Part shown: positions 9,376 to 22,681 of the stretch, piece after piece
Position numbering within the stretch: the stretch's first letter is position 1
Layout of the letters: the number at the start of each line of letters is the position of its first letter
From: Azolla caroliniana
Taxonomy: Eukaryota; Plantae; Polypodiophyta
DNA: 64,000 bases
Direction of reading: 5' to 3'
Assembly (NCBI GenBank): GCA_043228905.1
Contig: JBHGNT010000008.1
Coordinates: 3,534,001-3,598,000 of the forward strand
The notes under the pieces: generated by a model
The model's input: only the letters and a program-made list of their open reading frames with translations
Database searches by the model: none
What the model was told of the DNA's origin: nothing
Position numbers and translations under genes: made by a program

Positions 9376-12300
9376 AACTTAGTTTAGTTAGTTAGTCAAC
9401 CATGTAACTTCGTAGTTACCTAGATAGAATCTAGTTAGAAGTGTTGGCTATAAGGCCTTAAATAGGACCTTGTACTTAAGTGGGATATTCTAGATCCTCC
9501 ACTCCCAAGTACATTTAATATAGAACTTACACCCTTGTACCTATATTCTCCTCACACATGTGCACCCTTGCACATGAGATCTATATATACCTCATTGTGG
9601 GTATTTTTGTATTTGATGATGATCTTTAGATAATTAATATAGCTCTCTAAGTGCATAAGCTGTCATCCCCCTATTGTGTGTTTTCTTATTTTTCTGGTTA
9701 TTCTCTGTAATTCGTTCTCTTGCTTATACACTCACTCTCTCTCTCACACACACTACACTTCTGAATACTAAATTCTACTAGAGTTAGATTCTTAACATGG
9801 TATCAGAGCGTGTGGTTTAGCACATCCACTAAGCCCATCCGGCTCTTCAAAATTGTGTGTTCGAAACACCGATGACAAATTCCGGCTATCCGCTACCGTA
9901 GTGCCGCTACGTAGCATGAGTATGTGATTGAAGGAAGAAAACCAAAACGGAAGACACTACATCAAAATGAACACACAAATGGGTAGCTCGCTCCCTAGTG
10001 AAAAGCTAGACCGGAGCAATTATTCATCTTGGGAGTACAAGATGACCCAATACCTTGTCGGCCAAGGGTATTGGAGCTACATCAATGGCGCATAAGAAAA
10101 TTGACACGACTCAAAGAACGCCGACTATGCAACATGGGAGCAAGCGGCGAGTCGAGTCATGTATTGCTTGGCAACATGTGTCTATGACCACATGCTTAGC
10201 TACATTTGAGACGCCAAGATGCCTAAAGAAGCGTGGGCGAACTTAAAGAAAATGATAGCCGCCAACACAACTGCCCGAAAGCATCAACTCCGACAACAAC
10301 ATTCGGCAAAAAGACATGTCTATGTCGGACTACACCGCCAAGATCAAGAGCATTCGCGACTCGCTTGGCTCCATCAAAATAAACGTCGATGAAGACGAGA
10401 TGGTTCAAGTATGCTTGGGCGGACTCGCACAACGATTCGACTAGTTGAGGACGGAAATCTTGGCGAGGGAAAATTGTCCTTCGCTCTTCGACCTTCAATG
10501 AATGCTAATGGTTGAAGAGAACCATGTCCAAACCAAAACCAAGACATCGGAAGGACAAATGTTCTTCTCGAGTTCGGATGGTGGCTGAGGACAAGGTCGA
10601 GGCGGTAGAAGAGGTTGATTCGACCCATCATATGAAGGGAACTCAAACCTTTGACAACAAGACGGAAGCCATCAAGGAACCTTCGGAAGAAGGGGGAACT
10701 TCCATGCCGAACAAGGTCGGAAAATGACACCCGCAACTTGCAACTATTGTGGAAAAATCAGCCATTGCGAGGAGGAGTGCCAAAAAAGAAGAAACGAGTC
10801 AGCTTCGACAAGTCGATAACTCACAAATTACGCCGCCAACTCTGAATATGACGACTACGACAGACTATTCATATTGAGGCATAGAGCGAACTCTATGTCA
10901 GCCCCCGACTCCGCAAGCACCTCCAACTCGGAAGACGTGTGGTTCGTCGATTGCGGCGCCTCACATCATATGACGTCACACCAAGAGTGGTTTCGTGCCT
11001 TACGAACGCTAGACTGACCCGGCTTCATAGAGACGGGAGACGACACTACGCATCCCATTCGGCACATCGGCAATGTCCCATTTGGGAAAGAAGGCGAGAA
11101 AACTTGCATCAAGAATATAGACTTGCATGTGCCCACAATAACGAAGAATTTGATCTCCATTGGTCAAATCGTGGAGCAAGGCATGCAAGTTCGCTTCAAC
11201 AATGAAGGATGCTTCATCGAGAAAGATGGCCGAATCATAGCTAAGGGGCGGAGAGATGGTCAAATGTTCATCCTTGATTTGAACAAGGTGAAATCGGCAA
11301 TGTATGCTAAAGGTCTCAAAACCAAGACAAGCATCGAGTTGTGGCACAAGAGAATTGACCACATAAACCTCCAACAACTACGAGCTATGCAATCAAAGAG
11401 AGTCTTCATCGGTTTTCCGACATTTGAGTCGAAACGAGTCGACCGAGTATGCGAAGCATGTCAACTCGGCAAACAACATCAACTCCCATTCTCGAAGGAG
11501 AGCCACGCGAGCAAAGGCCTCCTCGACATCATACACTCGGATCTATGGGGACTGGCTCAAACGCCAACGATCGGCGGATGCTGATTCTACGTCACCTTCA
11601 TCGACAACTACTCATGCTACGCATGGATCTTCCCGATGAAGAAGAAGAGTGAAGTGTTCTCCCACTTCCAAAAGCTCAAGGGCCAAGTTGAAAAAGAAAC
11701 CGGTCGACACATTCGATGCCTACGATCGGATGGAGGCAAGGAGTACTTCTCTGATGAATTCACCTCCTACCTCCAAAGTGAAGGCATTTGGAGTGAATTC
11801 TCGTGCCAACACACACCCCAACAAAATGGAGTAGCCGAAAGGAAGAATCGGCAAATACTCGAGGTAGCACACGCCATGATGCATGAGAAGCACATGCCGA
11901 GTTTCTATTGGGCCGAAGCGGCATCCACGGACGTCTATCTCATGAATCGATGCACCACTAATGGAGTGCATGAGCTAATTCCATACGAGCTCCTCGTCGG
12001 AAGGAAGCCGATCCATCACTATGCCTTCACGATGAAGGTAGCGGCTGAACAAGAGCTGAAGAGCTCCACCAAAGCGGCTCGTAACCCACGATGGGTTGAA
12101 GTAGTCGACATTAGCCCACACACTACAAGCCTTCGTCATTGGCTTGAGGGGGAGGAACCGAGATTGCCATGGCAAAGAAAGCTGAAGGCCGGACGGAAGC
12201 ACAAGAAATCGATGAAAGCCAAAGAGGATGTCGGACGCCTCACACTTGAGCTTGAGGGGGCGTGTTGAGAGATCAAGCTCAACTTAGTTTAGTTAGTTAG

Positions 12301-12689
12301 TCAACCATGTAACTTCGTAGTTACCTAGATAGAATCTAGTTAGAAGTGTTGACTATAACGCCTTAAATAGGACCTTGTACTTAAGTGGGATATTCTAGAT
12401 CCTCCACTCCCAAGTACATTTAATATAGGACTTACACCCTTGTACCTATATTCTCCTCACACATGTGCACCCTTGGCACATGAGATCTATATATACCTCA
12501 TTGTGGGTATTTTTGTATTTGATGATGATAATGCTAATTTAATATAGAGTTAATCATCCCCCATCTTGTGTTGCTCATAAGTGTACTTCTCTCTCTCTCC
12601 CTCTCACACACATATCACTTAATCTTCCGCTTAACTTAATCACATAATTAGGTACTAATTACCCTTGCTTAATTACCTAATTATTAACA
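9376..12689 (+). mobile_element. Internally deleted Ty1/Copia (gag-PR-INT remnants, no RT/RH) with discordant LTRs
   Basis: 5' LTR 9376-9797 (first ~18 bp lost), PBS TGGTATCAGAGC 9798-9809, integrase LRSDGGKEY..QQNGVAERKNR, PPT 12254-12262, 3' LTR 12263-12689. Confidence 0.9.
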
Positions 12690-13338
12690 GATTGAATGGC
12701 CCCGAACTAAGGCGCTAAGCCTCCGAGACAAATTTGCACCATTTCATCGTCGTTAATGCTAACATTGATCGACCCGAGGGCATCGCACAACTCCTTGATC
12801 TTCAAGGTTTAGCTGCTGATTGACATGTGCCTCTGTTGTATGCTGTTCAACTCTTGACAGAGTTGAAAGCTTTCTTGTGGTTGTGTTGGCCGCGAAAATC
12901 TTCTTGAGGTTTCCCCACACCTCGAGCATGTGATCATGGATGCATTATGCAAGGCAATACAACACACGACTCGTTGCTTGCTCCCAAGCTGGGTAGTCGG
13001 CATGTGTTGGGTTGGGTTGATTCTTGTTAGCCCCATCGACATAAATCCAATAGCCTTGGCCGAAAAGGTATTGGTGCATCTTGTACTCCCAAGATACAAA
13101 GTTGTTTCTGTCGAGCTTTTTGATAGGAAGAGCACTTCCCATTTGTGTGTTCATGTTGAGCTTCATCTTCCTCTTCTTGATGCAAACTGTGTAGATGGTT
13201 GCTACAATGATTAGTTGGTTCTTGTTGAACGTGGAATTAGGCATAACACACGGACAAACGATGGGTTTTGATCAAGCAACCGCACACTCTGATACCATGT
13301 AAAGAATCAGATGGATTTTGTGCAGCGGAAGAACTATC

Positions 13339-13401
<63 letters not shown>
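13339..13401. repeat. (TG)n(AG)n compound microsatellite inside an LTR
   Basis: Directly visible. Confidence 0.95.
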
Positions 13402-13403
<2 letters not shown>

Positions 13404-15620
13404 CACGATTACAGAAAAATCAGAAAACTGTATTACGAAGAAAGCAAGAATAACCAACAACTACAAAGAGAGGGAGAAGGCGCTTATGTAGTCACCTTCT
13501 TTCTAAGTTTTCTTACTAGTACTACCTCTTGGGAAAGAGGTCGTGTCTTAACTTCCTAAAGAATATGTGTCATAGAACATTAACTTCTATGACACACTAG
13601 TCACTATACAAGGAGGTGGGGTATTCACACACTCGAGTATCCTAGAGTGTGTTCCCACTCACGGGAAGTTGAGTTTGATTCTCAACATTCCTTCATCGAG
13701 AATTTCTCGTGGAGTTTCCTACGATGAGCATGTTGTCCACATAAGGATCAGATATATCCTGGACTTGTCGGATAATTCCCATACGTACATACATGGGTCA
13801 GAGTTGGATCGACTGTATCTAAGCTTCCGAATGTAGAAGTCAAACTTTTGATACCACATTCTCGGCACTTGCTTCAAGCCGTAATGGCTTTTCTTCAATC
13901 AACATACGAGGTGACCTTCCTCCCCTATCATTGTGAAGCTTGTTGGTTGAGACATGTAGATGTCTTCTTCCAGATCTCCATGCAAGAAAGCAGTCTTTTC
14001 TTCCATTTGCTCTAGCTCGAGGTCTTCTATCACGACGACTCCTAATAGGAGCCGAAGGGTTGTCCTCTTGATTATGGGTGAGAATACCTCATCGTATTCG
14101 ACTCCGTGTTCTTGTTTGAATCCCTTTGCGACGAGCCGAGCTTTATATTTGGGTTCAACCAAACCAAATACATATTTGTATTGATACACCCATTTGCAAG
14201 GCAACAACTTTTGATCAGCTTGTAATCTGATCAACTCCCATGTGTCGTTTTGTTTTATTGAGTTCATCTCAGATATTATGGCTTGTCGCCATATGTCGGC
14301 ATCCGATGCAACGATAGCTTCTTCATACGAGCATTGTTTTCCTCTATCTGTATAGTTGACGTAGTCTAAGCTCGGTTGATAAAACTCTATTAGTTTTTGC
14401 ATTCGTCCAGATCTCGTAGGTGCCGTAATGGTTAGTTCACATTCTTCAACCATTGCGGGTGGTTAGTTGACATTTTTTGAACTTGTGTTACCATTTGTTG
14501 AAGGAGATCTTGTGGGGGACCTGCTATTGGAATTTTCTTGTGTCCGTGTTGGATCTATAATTACCTTGGGAGTGTTCCAACAATTCGATTGTGTTGATGC
14601 AGGTTTGGATCGGTCAATTGACATTCTGGTTGATTCTGTTCTAGTCATCCTTTCAGCCGATTCGAAATCGGCTTTTGACTTCAAGGCTGAGTTCCAACCG
14701 AACTGATCGAGTCTTCATTGAAGACTACATTGCTGCTCCTGATCAACTTCGTATTCTCTGGGTCCCATAACCGATAGCTGAAATGCCTAGCCATCCCATA
14801 TTGGAGGAAGATGCATTTCCTCGAATGGGGAGCTAACATCGTTTGGTTCTCCCTGGTATATGTACGTATGCTTCGGACCCAAATATGCGAAGCGGATCGT
14901 AGGTTGGGTGTGTTCCTGACCGTAATGCATGTGGCACTTGAATCTTGATTGCTTTAGAAGACAACATATTTATCAAGTATATGGCCGTCTGGATTGTTTC
15001 GGTTGAAAATTCCAGCTTGACTCTTACTTGCTGGAGCATGGTCGTCACTCGTTCTCGGATGGTCTGGTTCATCCGTTCGACTACACCATTCTTGATCAGG
15101 GTGTAGGGAATGGTCCGTTGATGCCGGATCCCTCTTTCAGACAGGTACTTGACGAATGCTTTGGAGGTGTACTCTCCTCCATTGTCAAATAAAAAATTCT
15201 TTACCTTGTAGTTGGATCGGTTTTCGACTTCGGTTATCCACTGAGCAAAAACTTCACACGCTTCATCTTTGGACTTAATCAAGTAAGCCCATACTTTGCG
15301 TGTCAATCATCTACGAATGTGATGAAGTACTGCGTGCTGCGTAGAGACCTTTCGGGCATCGGTCTGTATATATCACTATGTATTAGTTCTAGTGGCTTTT
15401 GTATTATCTTGAAGTGAATTGAGTGTGGACTTCAGGTCTATTTCCCGTATTGGCAATGCTCGTAGAAGTCGAACTCAACATGATTTAATATCAGGATGTA
15501 GGCGAGTGTCAAAAGCCTTTCGAGCCTTGTCGGTGAAATGTGCATGAGTCGGCCATGCCACAGTGAAGGTGTCCGCATTTCGGCTACATTAAGTGATCTC
15601 TCCCGACTGATCAATTTGAT

Positions 15621-16954
15621 GCAACATGTTATCTTACTGCTTCTATATGCAGATGATGTGGTACTCTTCTCATATGATATGCAACATTTACTTGGGGTAT
15701 TAGAAGAATTTTACCATAGTAGTGGACTAGTAGTGAATGTGGAGAAAACAAAAATGATGGTAGTGCAAACCATCCAACCTCATCATTACCCTATACTTAC
15801 ATATAAAGATGAACATATACAATTTGTTCAAAGCTTTAAATATCTTGGTATTGATGTACCCGCCACAAATAAATGGAGTGCATGCTTTGATTCTAGACTC
15901 CAAGCCGGTCGGAAATCATATTACCTTTTGGAGAACCAATGCAACCAAAGTGATATTTGCGGATCGGAAGTAAAACTAATGTTGTTCAATGCCATGGTAA
16001 CTCAAGTATTGCTTTATGGAGTAGAAGTATGGGGTGACATCATCTCTCTTAATGCATGGAACGAGATTGAGAAAATTCAAAAGATGTTTTTAAGGAGGCA
16101 ATTAGGAGTTAAATGCACTACCTCTTACCAGGTTATGCTCTTGGAAATAGGTGTTCGACCCATAGAACTATTGGCACTCCAAAGAGTATATAAATACATT
16201 ACAAAAGTCAAGAATATGCCGAGTCATCGATTACTACATCTTGCTTGGAATGTTGGATGTAAGCTACACAAGAATCATAAAAGTAACATTCTCTCATCTG
16301 GTTGGGCTGTTGATATAAGGAAATGGTTTAGAAGATGGGGTGTGGTTGATCTTTTAGAGCTTTTGGGCAATGCTATGCAATATGTAATGATTGAGGAAAG
16401 GTTGGTGGAATCATTAAGGATGAAGTGGGAGGATGCTAAGAGGACAAAGCTAGAATACTACATTGCAAATGTCAACCCTGAATGTTGGTCTCAATATAAA
16501 GCATGAATGTCTATTGATCGTATCCAACCTTATCTCATTACCAATATGAGTAGTAATGCTCGTAGAGCCCTTACACTACTTCGCACTCGATCTCACAAGT
16601 TAGGTATTAAAGTTGCATCATGGTATCAAAATGTAACGAATTTGAAGACATGTAAAGTATGCAATGAAGGCATGGTAGAGGATGAATGTCACTTGCTCTT
16701 CACATGCTCGACATATAGTGCAATTCGTTCAAGATATGCTGACATACTAAGAGGGAGTGATATTAAGTGCCATACTTAAGACACCACCTAGAAGGTTGAG
16801 TTCATATGTGTATGCTTTACTAACACATAGAGACTTTGTGCTTCAACGTATGAATACCCCTTCTTAGGAAGGAGACATATATCAAGAACACATGTATACT
16901 TTGGTCCTATAGGTCAAAATTGGCCTCTTTATGGATGATAAAAATTGTAATTCT
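15621..16954 (+). mobile_element. 5'-truncated non-LTR retrotransposon (LINE ORF2 C-terminal half; RTE-X-like, tentative)
   Basis: LLLYADDVVL and FKYLGI RT motifs; C-terminal CKVC..EDECHLLFTC; one in-frame TGA at 16504; 8-bp TSD AATTTGAT (15613-15620, 16955-16962) whose removal restores the Copia frame YPIKLISRERSLNVA. Confidence 0.88.
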
Positions 16955-17099
16955 AATTTGATTGGGTACAAATTATTGTATGTCACACCATGGCTGTTGT
17001 GTAGGTTCCCTCTCCCAATTTTCCATGAAGACTCACTAAGTGTCGTCTTGTACCTGTCTTCAGTTAACATGTTGATGGAGATAAGAGTCCTTTTCAGAT

Positions 17100-17325
17100 C
17101 GGGTACGTGCCAAACTTGCTGTAGGGTGATTAGACTTCCAATCAACAGCCAGCCGAATGGGAATTTCACCGATTCTAGAGATTCGACACTCCTGCCCATT
17201 GCCGAGTCGGACCGGGTACGTGCCAAACTTGCTGTAGGGTGATTAGACTTCCAATCAACAGCCAGCCGAATGGGAATTTCACCGATTCTAGAGATTCGAC
17301 ACTCCTGCCCATTGCCGAGTCGGAC
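17100..17325. repeat. Perfect 113-bp tandem duplication
   Basis: 17100-17212 matches 17213-17325 by eye. Confidence 0.9.
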
Positions 17326-19560
17326 TAAGTCGACACCAGTCGAATAGTCCGAGAACCATTCTTAGTGGGGGGTCATGTGGAATGTGGCGCCCAAATTGAG
17401 CAACCACATTTGTGCATCTTGTGCACTAAACAAGATCTCTCCAGTGCCGTGAAGGATTCCGACCATAGAGAGTGACAGAGCTGGAGTCCTCCGAATGACC
17501 AACGATGCATGTGGTGTGATGCCATGGGCTACGTCTGGAGAGAGTGCACTGATTTCGCCGAAGCACTCAAGAACAATGTTGTGTACCTCTGGAACGGATG
17601 GGTACACGTGGAGGCCCCTTGAGGTGAACACTGGATGAGGCGGCATGAAGAGGATAATGGAGGAAGCCGTGGCCATTCACTATTCGGTGTCGGTAGGGAT
17701 CCGGGTAGGCGGAGAGAAGGGTGCCGCATCCAGAACCAATACCGGATTTTGGCTGCTCATACTGGAAGGTCTCTTGGGAGTGAGGCTAAGGAAGGAAGAG
17801 GCGAACCACGCAGAGAGGCGGGTCCAAGAGGGCATTGGGTGGAGTGAGTCTGATAGAAGAGAAAACCGGCTTTGTGGAGCCCGCATGCTAGAACTACGAG
17901 GTTCTCATTGAAGACAAGTGGGCCGGGAAGACCAGAGGAACCGAACGTTTGAGCCGGTACGAGACCCAGAGCGGGCCAAGGAAAGAGGATGTCTGTTCGT
18001 CTAACCGACAGGAGAAAGGAAAGACGAAGATCCCGGGCTTCCGGCTGAGCTCGGAGATAGAGAGGACGATGGATCTGTAGAAGGTCTTGGAAGAAAGGAT
18101 CCTCGACAGCAAGGTGGAGCTCTCGCTGAGGGAGGTTCTTGGAATAGTAAAAAGGAAATTCCACGATTCCATCGTGGACCTAGTGAAGAGGAAGCAACTC
18201 TCAATGGGGCTGGAGATGGAAAGGCCGGTGAAAGTAAACGCGGCCCACGTTGAAGAGGTAGCACTGGAAGAAGAGTTTCCAGATATCTACTATACGCGGC
18301 CGCATTGGGCAAGGGCTACGATAGAGACCCCGGTCTGGATCGGGGATGTGAAGGAGCCGGTAGTAGCACTGGTTGGAAGATTCGCAGGGTAACTCGCACC
18401 ATGGGAGAGCTTCACGGGGCATGCCTGAACGTTTGGGTAATGGTTGGCGATGTTGAAATAGACCAACACTTCTTTGTGCAAGAGACATCCTCGCATCCGG
18501 TGATACTCGGAGAACCTTACATCACGGCGGCATGGATGGAGACCAAAGTGCTGGACAATGGTTTGGGGTACACATGGGTGAAGAGCCCGGACGGTAGGCA
18601 CTCCGTCCAATTCTTGACGGTACGGTTGAATCATGAAAGGAACCGGGATTCTCTCGGCGGTGAGAGCCAAGAGGATTTTTAGAAAGGACTATCAAGGTGT
18701 GGGGCCATGATAGTCCGGACAACCGGAAGAAACCCCACACATGTATACTAGGTAGGAAATTTTGGCCCTCCGCTAATGGAGGTTGTACCATGACCGACAT
18801 CAGTGGCCGGGAGGAGAAGCAGGTGGAAGGACGCCTAAAGGCATGCGATACCTTAGTTCCCGACGACGAGATTAGCGACGCCATAGAGGTGGTCACATTC
18901 AACGACACCCTCGGGGAGACGGGTTGTTCCGGTAAATTCTGTCGAGATGTAACAAGATTGTGGACCGGAAAGTGAGGCCAATCACGGCTCCCTTGCCGGA
19001 GGACAACTGGGAATGGATAAAATGGGTTGCGATGGACCCAAGTTTACGAGATCCGGCTGGCATAGGACACCGATTCACCGACGAGACACTGCGGAAGCTC
19101 AAGATCGGTGGGGGTGGTTTCCTACTGCCTGTAGAGGAGTACCGATGTCATGAAGATGTGCATGCGTGCGTGTTTCACTTGAGCGGAACCACCGGGGTTT
19201 CGGACCGGGGAGGACGTTCGCGAAATTGTGGAAAAGATGACAATGTGTATGTAGGAGTCGAGGAAACCAATATCACATTTGAAGAAAACAAAATTTTTTA
19301 TACTTGAGAAGAATATAGAGTATTATATTATTATTAATGATGATGATGATGATTTCAAAATTGACTCCTTTACACAAGCCTAACTAGAGGTTTTTATAGA
19401 TCTCTCAATGCTTGTGACATGCACAAAACCATGGGCTAAAACCATGGTTTTGTGCACACGGTTGTGCTTATGACATGCACAAAACCATAGGCTTAAAAAC
19501 CATGGTTTTGTGCACATGATTTGGTACATTTGTTTCCTATGGAATACTGAATATTACAAG

Positions 19561-19589
19561 AACACGTTCGCATTCACAAGTGGAAGGAT
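19561..19589 (+). repeat. Left TIR
   Basis: AACACGTTCGCATTCACAAGTGGAAGGAT. Confidence 0.9.
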
Positions 19590-19928
19590 TGTGTATAAAT
19601 GGAAGGATAAGGAATATTTTGGTTGATTTTAGTACTTTTTCAATGATTTTACAAAACACATTGATACCAGTATCATACATGTTCAAATATACTATGAAAA
19701 AGATTAAAAATTCATTATTTTCGTGATTTAGAAATAAATAAAAAAAGAGGAATTTAAAAAAGTTACATTCTCAATTTATATCACAAGCTTTACAACCAAT
19801 GTTATTTTATAAGAAATGATTTTTTAGAAATCATAAGAATTCAAAACACATGCTTTTATATTACTCTATTTGTTACAACCGGAATGTAGTTACACTTAAT
19901 AGCCAAAAATACATTCATGATCACTCCT

Positions 19929-22681
19929 TTACGGAGAATCACTACTATAACTAATATACACTGACGATTCCTCCTCATCATCCTCGGATGTAGCAATCAG
20001 TGCATTATCTTCGTCATAAACCAAATAATTTGACGCTAGATTATATGTAGCAAATCTCATTTGCCTTCGACTCGAGCCAACTTGTAGACCTGGTAATTTC
20101 TCTTTTATTATATTTATTGTTGACTTCCTTAATCGTCTGGCTTTTGTAAGCGTGAAGTCGTACACGATGATATCCACATCAGAGATGTCAAGGGTTGATG
20201 TGTTACGAATGTTTTGCTTCCTCTTTCTACCTCCCCTTGTTGTTGAGCATTCAATCATCTCCAATGTATACTTACTTGTAAAAGCATTTGCACTTCTATT
20301 GTTGTACCAATGAACGTTTATAGACTTGATTGTGTTTTCTATTTCATGCATTAGCACTTCTAGAATTTTACCAACCCAAAATTGGTGGCCATGTGAGTTC
20401 TCATCAGCCGGCGTTGCAATCAACATCCCCGCCGTGAGCTCTTGCAAATTGCTTTGCCATCTAGCTTCGGCTGCTTTGGTTATCCTTGGTCCCACATAAA
20501 TGTCTCTTTGTTGTGGATGGACCAAACTGTCATTAATCGCATTTGCTAGTTGCTTCGGAGTTTTATTTACACAATCATGTGGATGGTGTTTCCAAATTCC
20601 AATTATCACCAAATACACAATTGTCTATAATTCCTTTCTGATCACTAAACGATACATCCCACCATGACGTGTCTTCTTGTGCGGCATATTTCTTGGCGGC
20701 CTCAATATGCTTTCTTTTTCTTCTAAGGCTTGGAGCCATAACCGTTTTTGTTCCGATACCAAGTCACTATGCAACTGTCCATTCTTCTTAATTGGCATTT
20801 GTTTAGCTCCATGCACAATTGTACTCGGCATACAAAGTAATAACTGGCAACCACCTTCAGGTTCCCATGTTGTAGAAGATGAATATTGTTTAGCATACAA
20901 AAGCGTAGAACCACTTATTTCATTTTTCTTTATCATAAAAATGTGATTGAAGCTTATATTGTTTAATTTGGCGTGCACTTTAACATTCCCAACACCCCCA
21001 TCTGATATATATCTCTTAAAGTCATATACCTCCTTCAAGTGTAACACTTTTGGGCGTGGTGTATATGCATCACAAATGACATCAAATAGTTTTGGTAATG
21101 TGAAAGCATCATGCCGAGACAACTGTGTAGAGAATGTGCTAAACATCTGATCTATATGATAATGTGTGTGGCTAACCAAAAGAAAATTGACTTTCACTTT
21201 TCTAAACAATCCTTGGTTGACCAACATACTTAGATAGCCAAACACAATTGAATTTTTGTTCTCTCTTGCAGTATTGTCCAATTGAATGTGTAGAACAGGG
21301 GGAACGGTTGGCCCCAAGACATCAAAACTCGGTGAATCACTGTAACTGTTAGGTTAGGGTCATTGTGAACATTGGGGTATGTAATGAAGACGCGAGGTCC
21401 AACTGACCTATTATAAGCCAAGCATCCCACCAAGTGCATTTGAACAAGGCACTCATCATTGATGTCTTTGGGGAGCCTCCGCATATGCAGCAAGCACGTC
21501 TTCTTCTGGTCCATGCCATCTATCATTAAGCACATGTATTGTTCGGGCCTCTTCAAACACTTCTCTCTATGATGCATTGCCTTCTTTCGTTGTGCCTCAC
21601 GATGCGTAACTTCTTACTCATATCCTTGTCCATTGATGTCTTTGCACCTTTAGCCAAACTTTTAAGATTTGCACAAATGGAGCAATACCCCATGCATACT
21701 TTACGTGGAATGATAACATTTGAAAACCGAGCTCTCCATAATCTTGTGAATTGGCTATACATGACAAATTTATTACGTGAGCCCACCATATCAGATCGAT
21801 AGAAATCATAAACTTCCCGACGTGTGTAAATATCAAAGAGGTGCATCCTACCTGTAGTGGGCATTACTTCACAATTTAACTGAAAGTAACTTTTCATCCA
21901 ACCAATAACATGTCTTCCAATTGCACCTTTCATACTTGGAACCTCTTTACAATTGAGCATCTGATCCCCGCTAAGTAGACGTTGTTGTACTCTATGTAAC
22001 CGCATGTTACTAACACAACGCAAATTTGAATGCAACTCTACATATATGTTGCGCATGGAAGATATAATACTCGAATGATACTTTGATCCCCGTACATTTG
22101 TTAGACACTAATTGCATATGTGATCTAAGGTAAGTGTCTTGCTCATCAACAGTCATCGAAAAATAGTATCGCCTTAATTCGCGCAGCTTTGATTTTCCAA
22201 TCATAGACATACAACCACGGGCACAACATATTTTTTTGAAATCAAATCCAATCAACTTATTTGATGTCACCAAGTTAAATCTAGCCAGACGAATTCTTCG
22301 TGGGATTCTTCTAATATGCATTGGGCTTCCAGATTTCTCTTCATGCATAGAAGTTGGTGTAACCTTGTTACTATCCAATTCTTTGTTGTGACTATCGCCC
22401 ATGATATTCGATGTTTCATTGACACTACCTTTATTCTCCGTATCTTTATTAATATCGTATTCTTCAATAGAGAACTCTTCACATGTGTCATTATTCACAT
22501 GCGTTGTAGGTGAAGATGAGCTCAAACAATATTCTTCGATAGAAAATGGTGAGTCTATCGACAACCAATATTCTTTGATAGAAAATGGTGAGTTTGTCGA
22601 CAGAAAATACTCTTCGGTAGAAAACGAAGAGTCTAATGACAAACAATATTCATCAATAGAGAACGGCGAGTCTTCACTCAT
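19929..22681 (-). pseudogene. DDD-type transposase (Sola1-like), ~900 aa, frameshifted into five ORF pieces
   Basis: CCxxxC and ICRVAF N-terminus, FTRLWRARF..CSIC, candidate triad IDGMDQ / QLDNTARENKN / HTHYHIDQMFS, C-terminal FWVGKI..VHWY domain. Confidence 0.85.
22518..22673 (-). repeat. Four 39-bp (13-aa) tandem repeats at the transposase N-terminus
   Basis: DSPFSIDEYCLSL / DSSFSTEEYFLST / NSPFSIKEYWLSI / DSPFSIEEYCLSS. Confidence 0.85.

Larger units (their letters stand above)
8515..13687 (-). mobile_element. Degenerate Ty1/Copia (5' LTR 13298-13687, iMet PBS, gag, protease), split by a nested Copia
   Basis: PBS TGGTATCAGAG 13287-13297; gag KLDRNNF..WEYKM, CGYCGTFGHYEAEC, WFVDSGASNHM; gag text FGAIQS|VLARENPPS rejoins across 9376-12689. 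Confidence 0.85.
13688..17444 (-). mobile_element. Degenerate Ty1/Copia pol fragment (protease, integrase, RT) carrying a LINE insertion
   Basis: WLLNLGATFHM protease-like, DNGGEY..NGVVERMN integrase, YKARLVAKGF..AFLHGDLEEDIYM RT; many stops and frameshifts. Confidence 0.88.

Noticed and set aside
13268-13559. ORFs with ERERER or SLSLSL runs; also poly-K/poly-F ORFs at 2114-2478
   Set aside because: Translations of microsatellite and homopolymer tracts.
15538-15620. N-terminus of the 322-aa LINE ORF
   Set aside because: It is antisense Copia sequence upstream of the TSD, in frame by chance.
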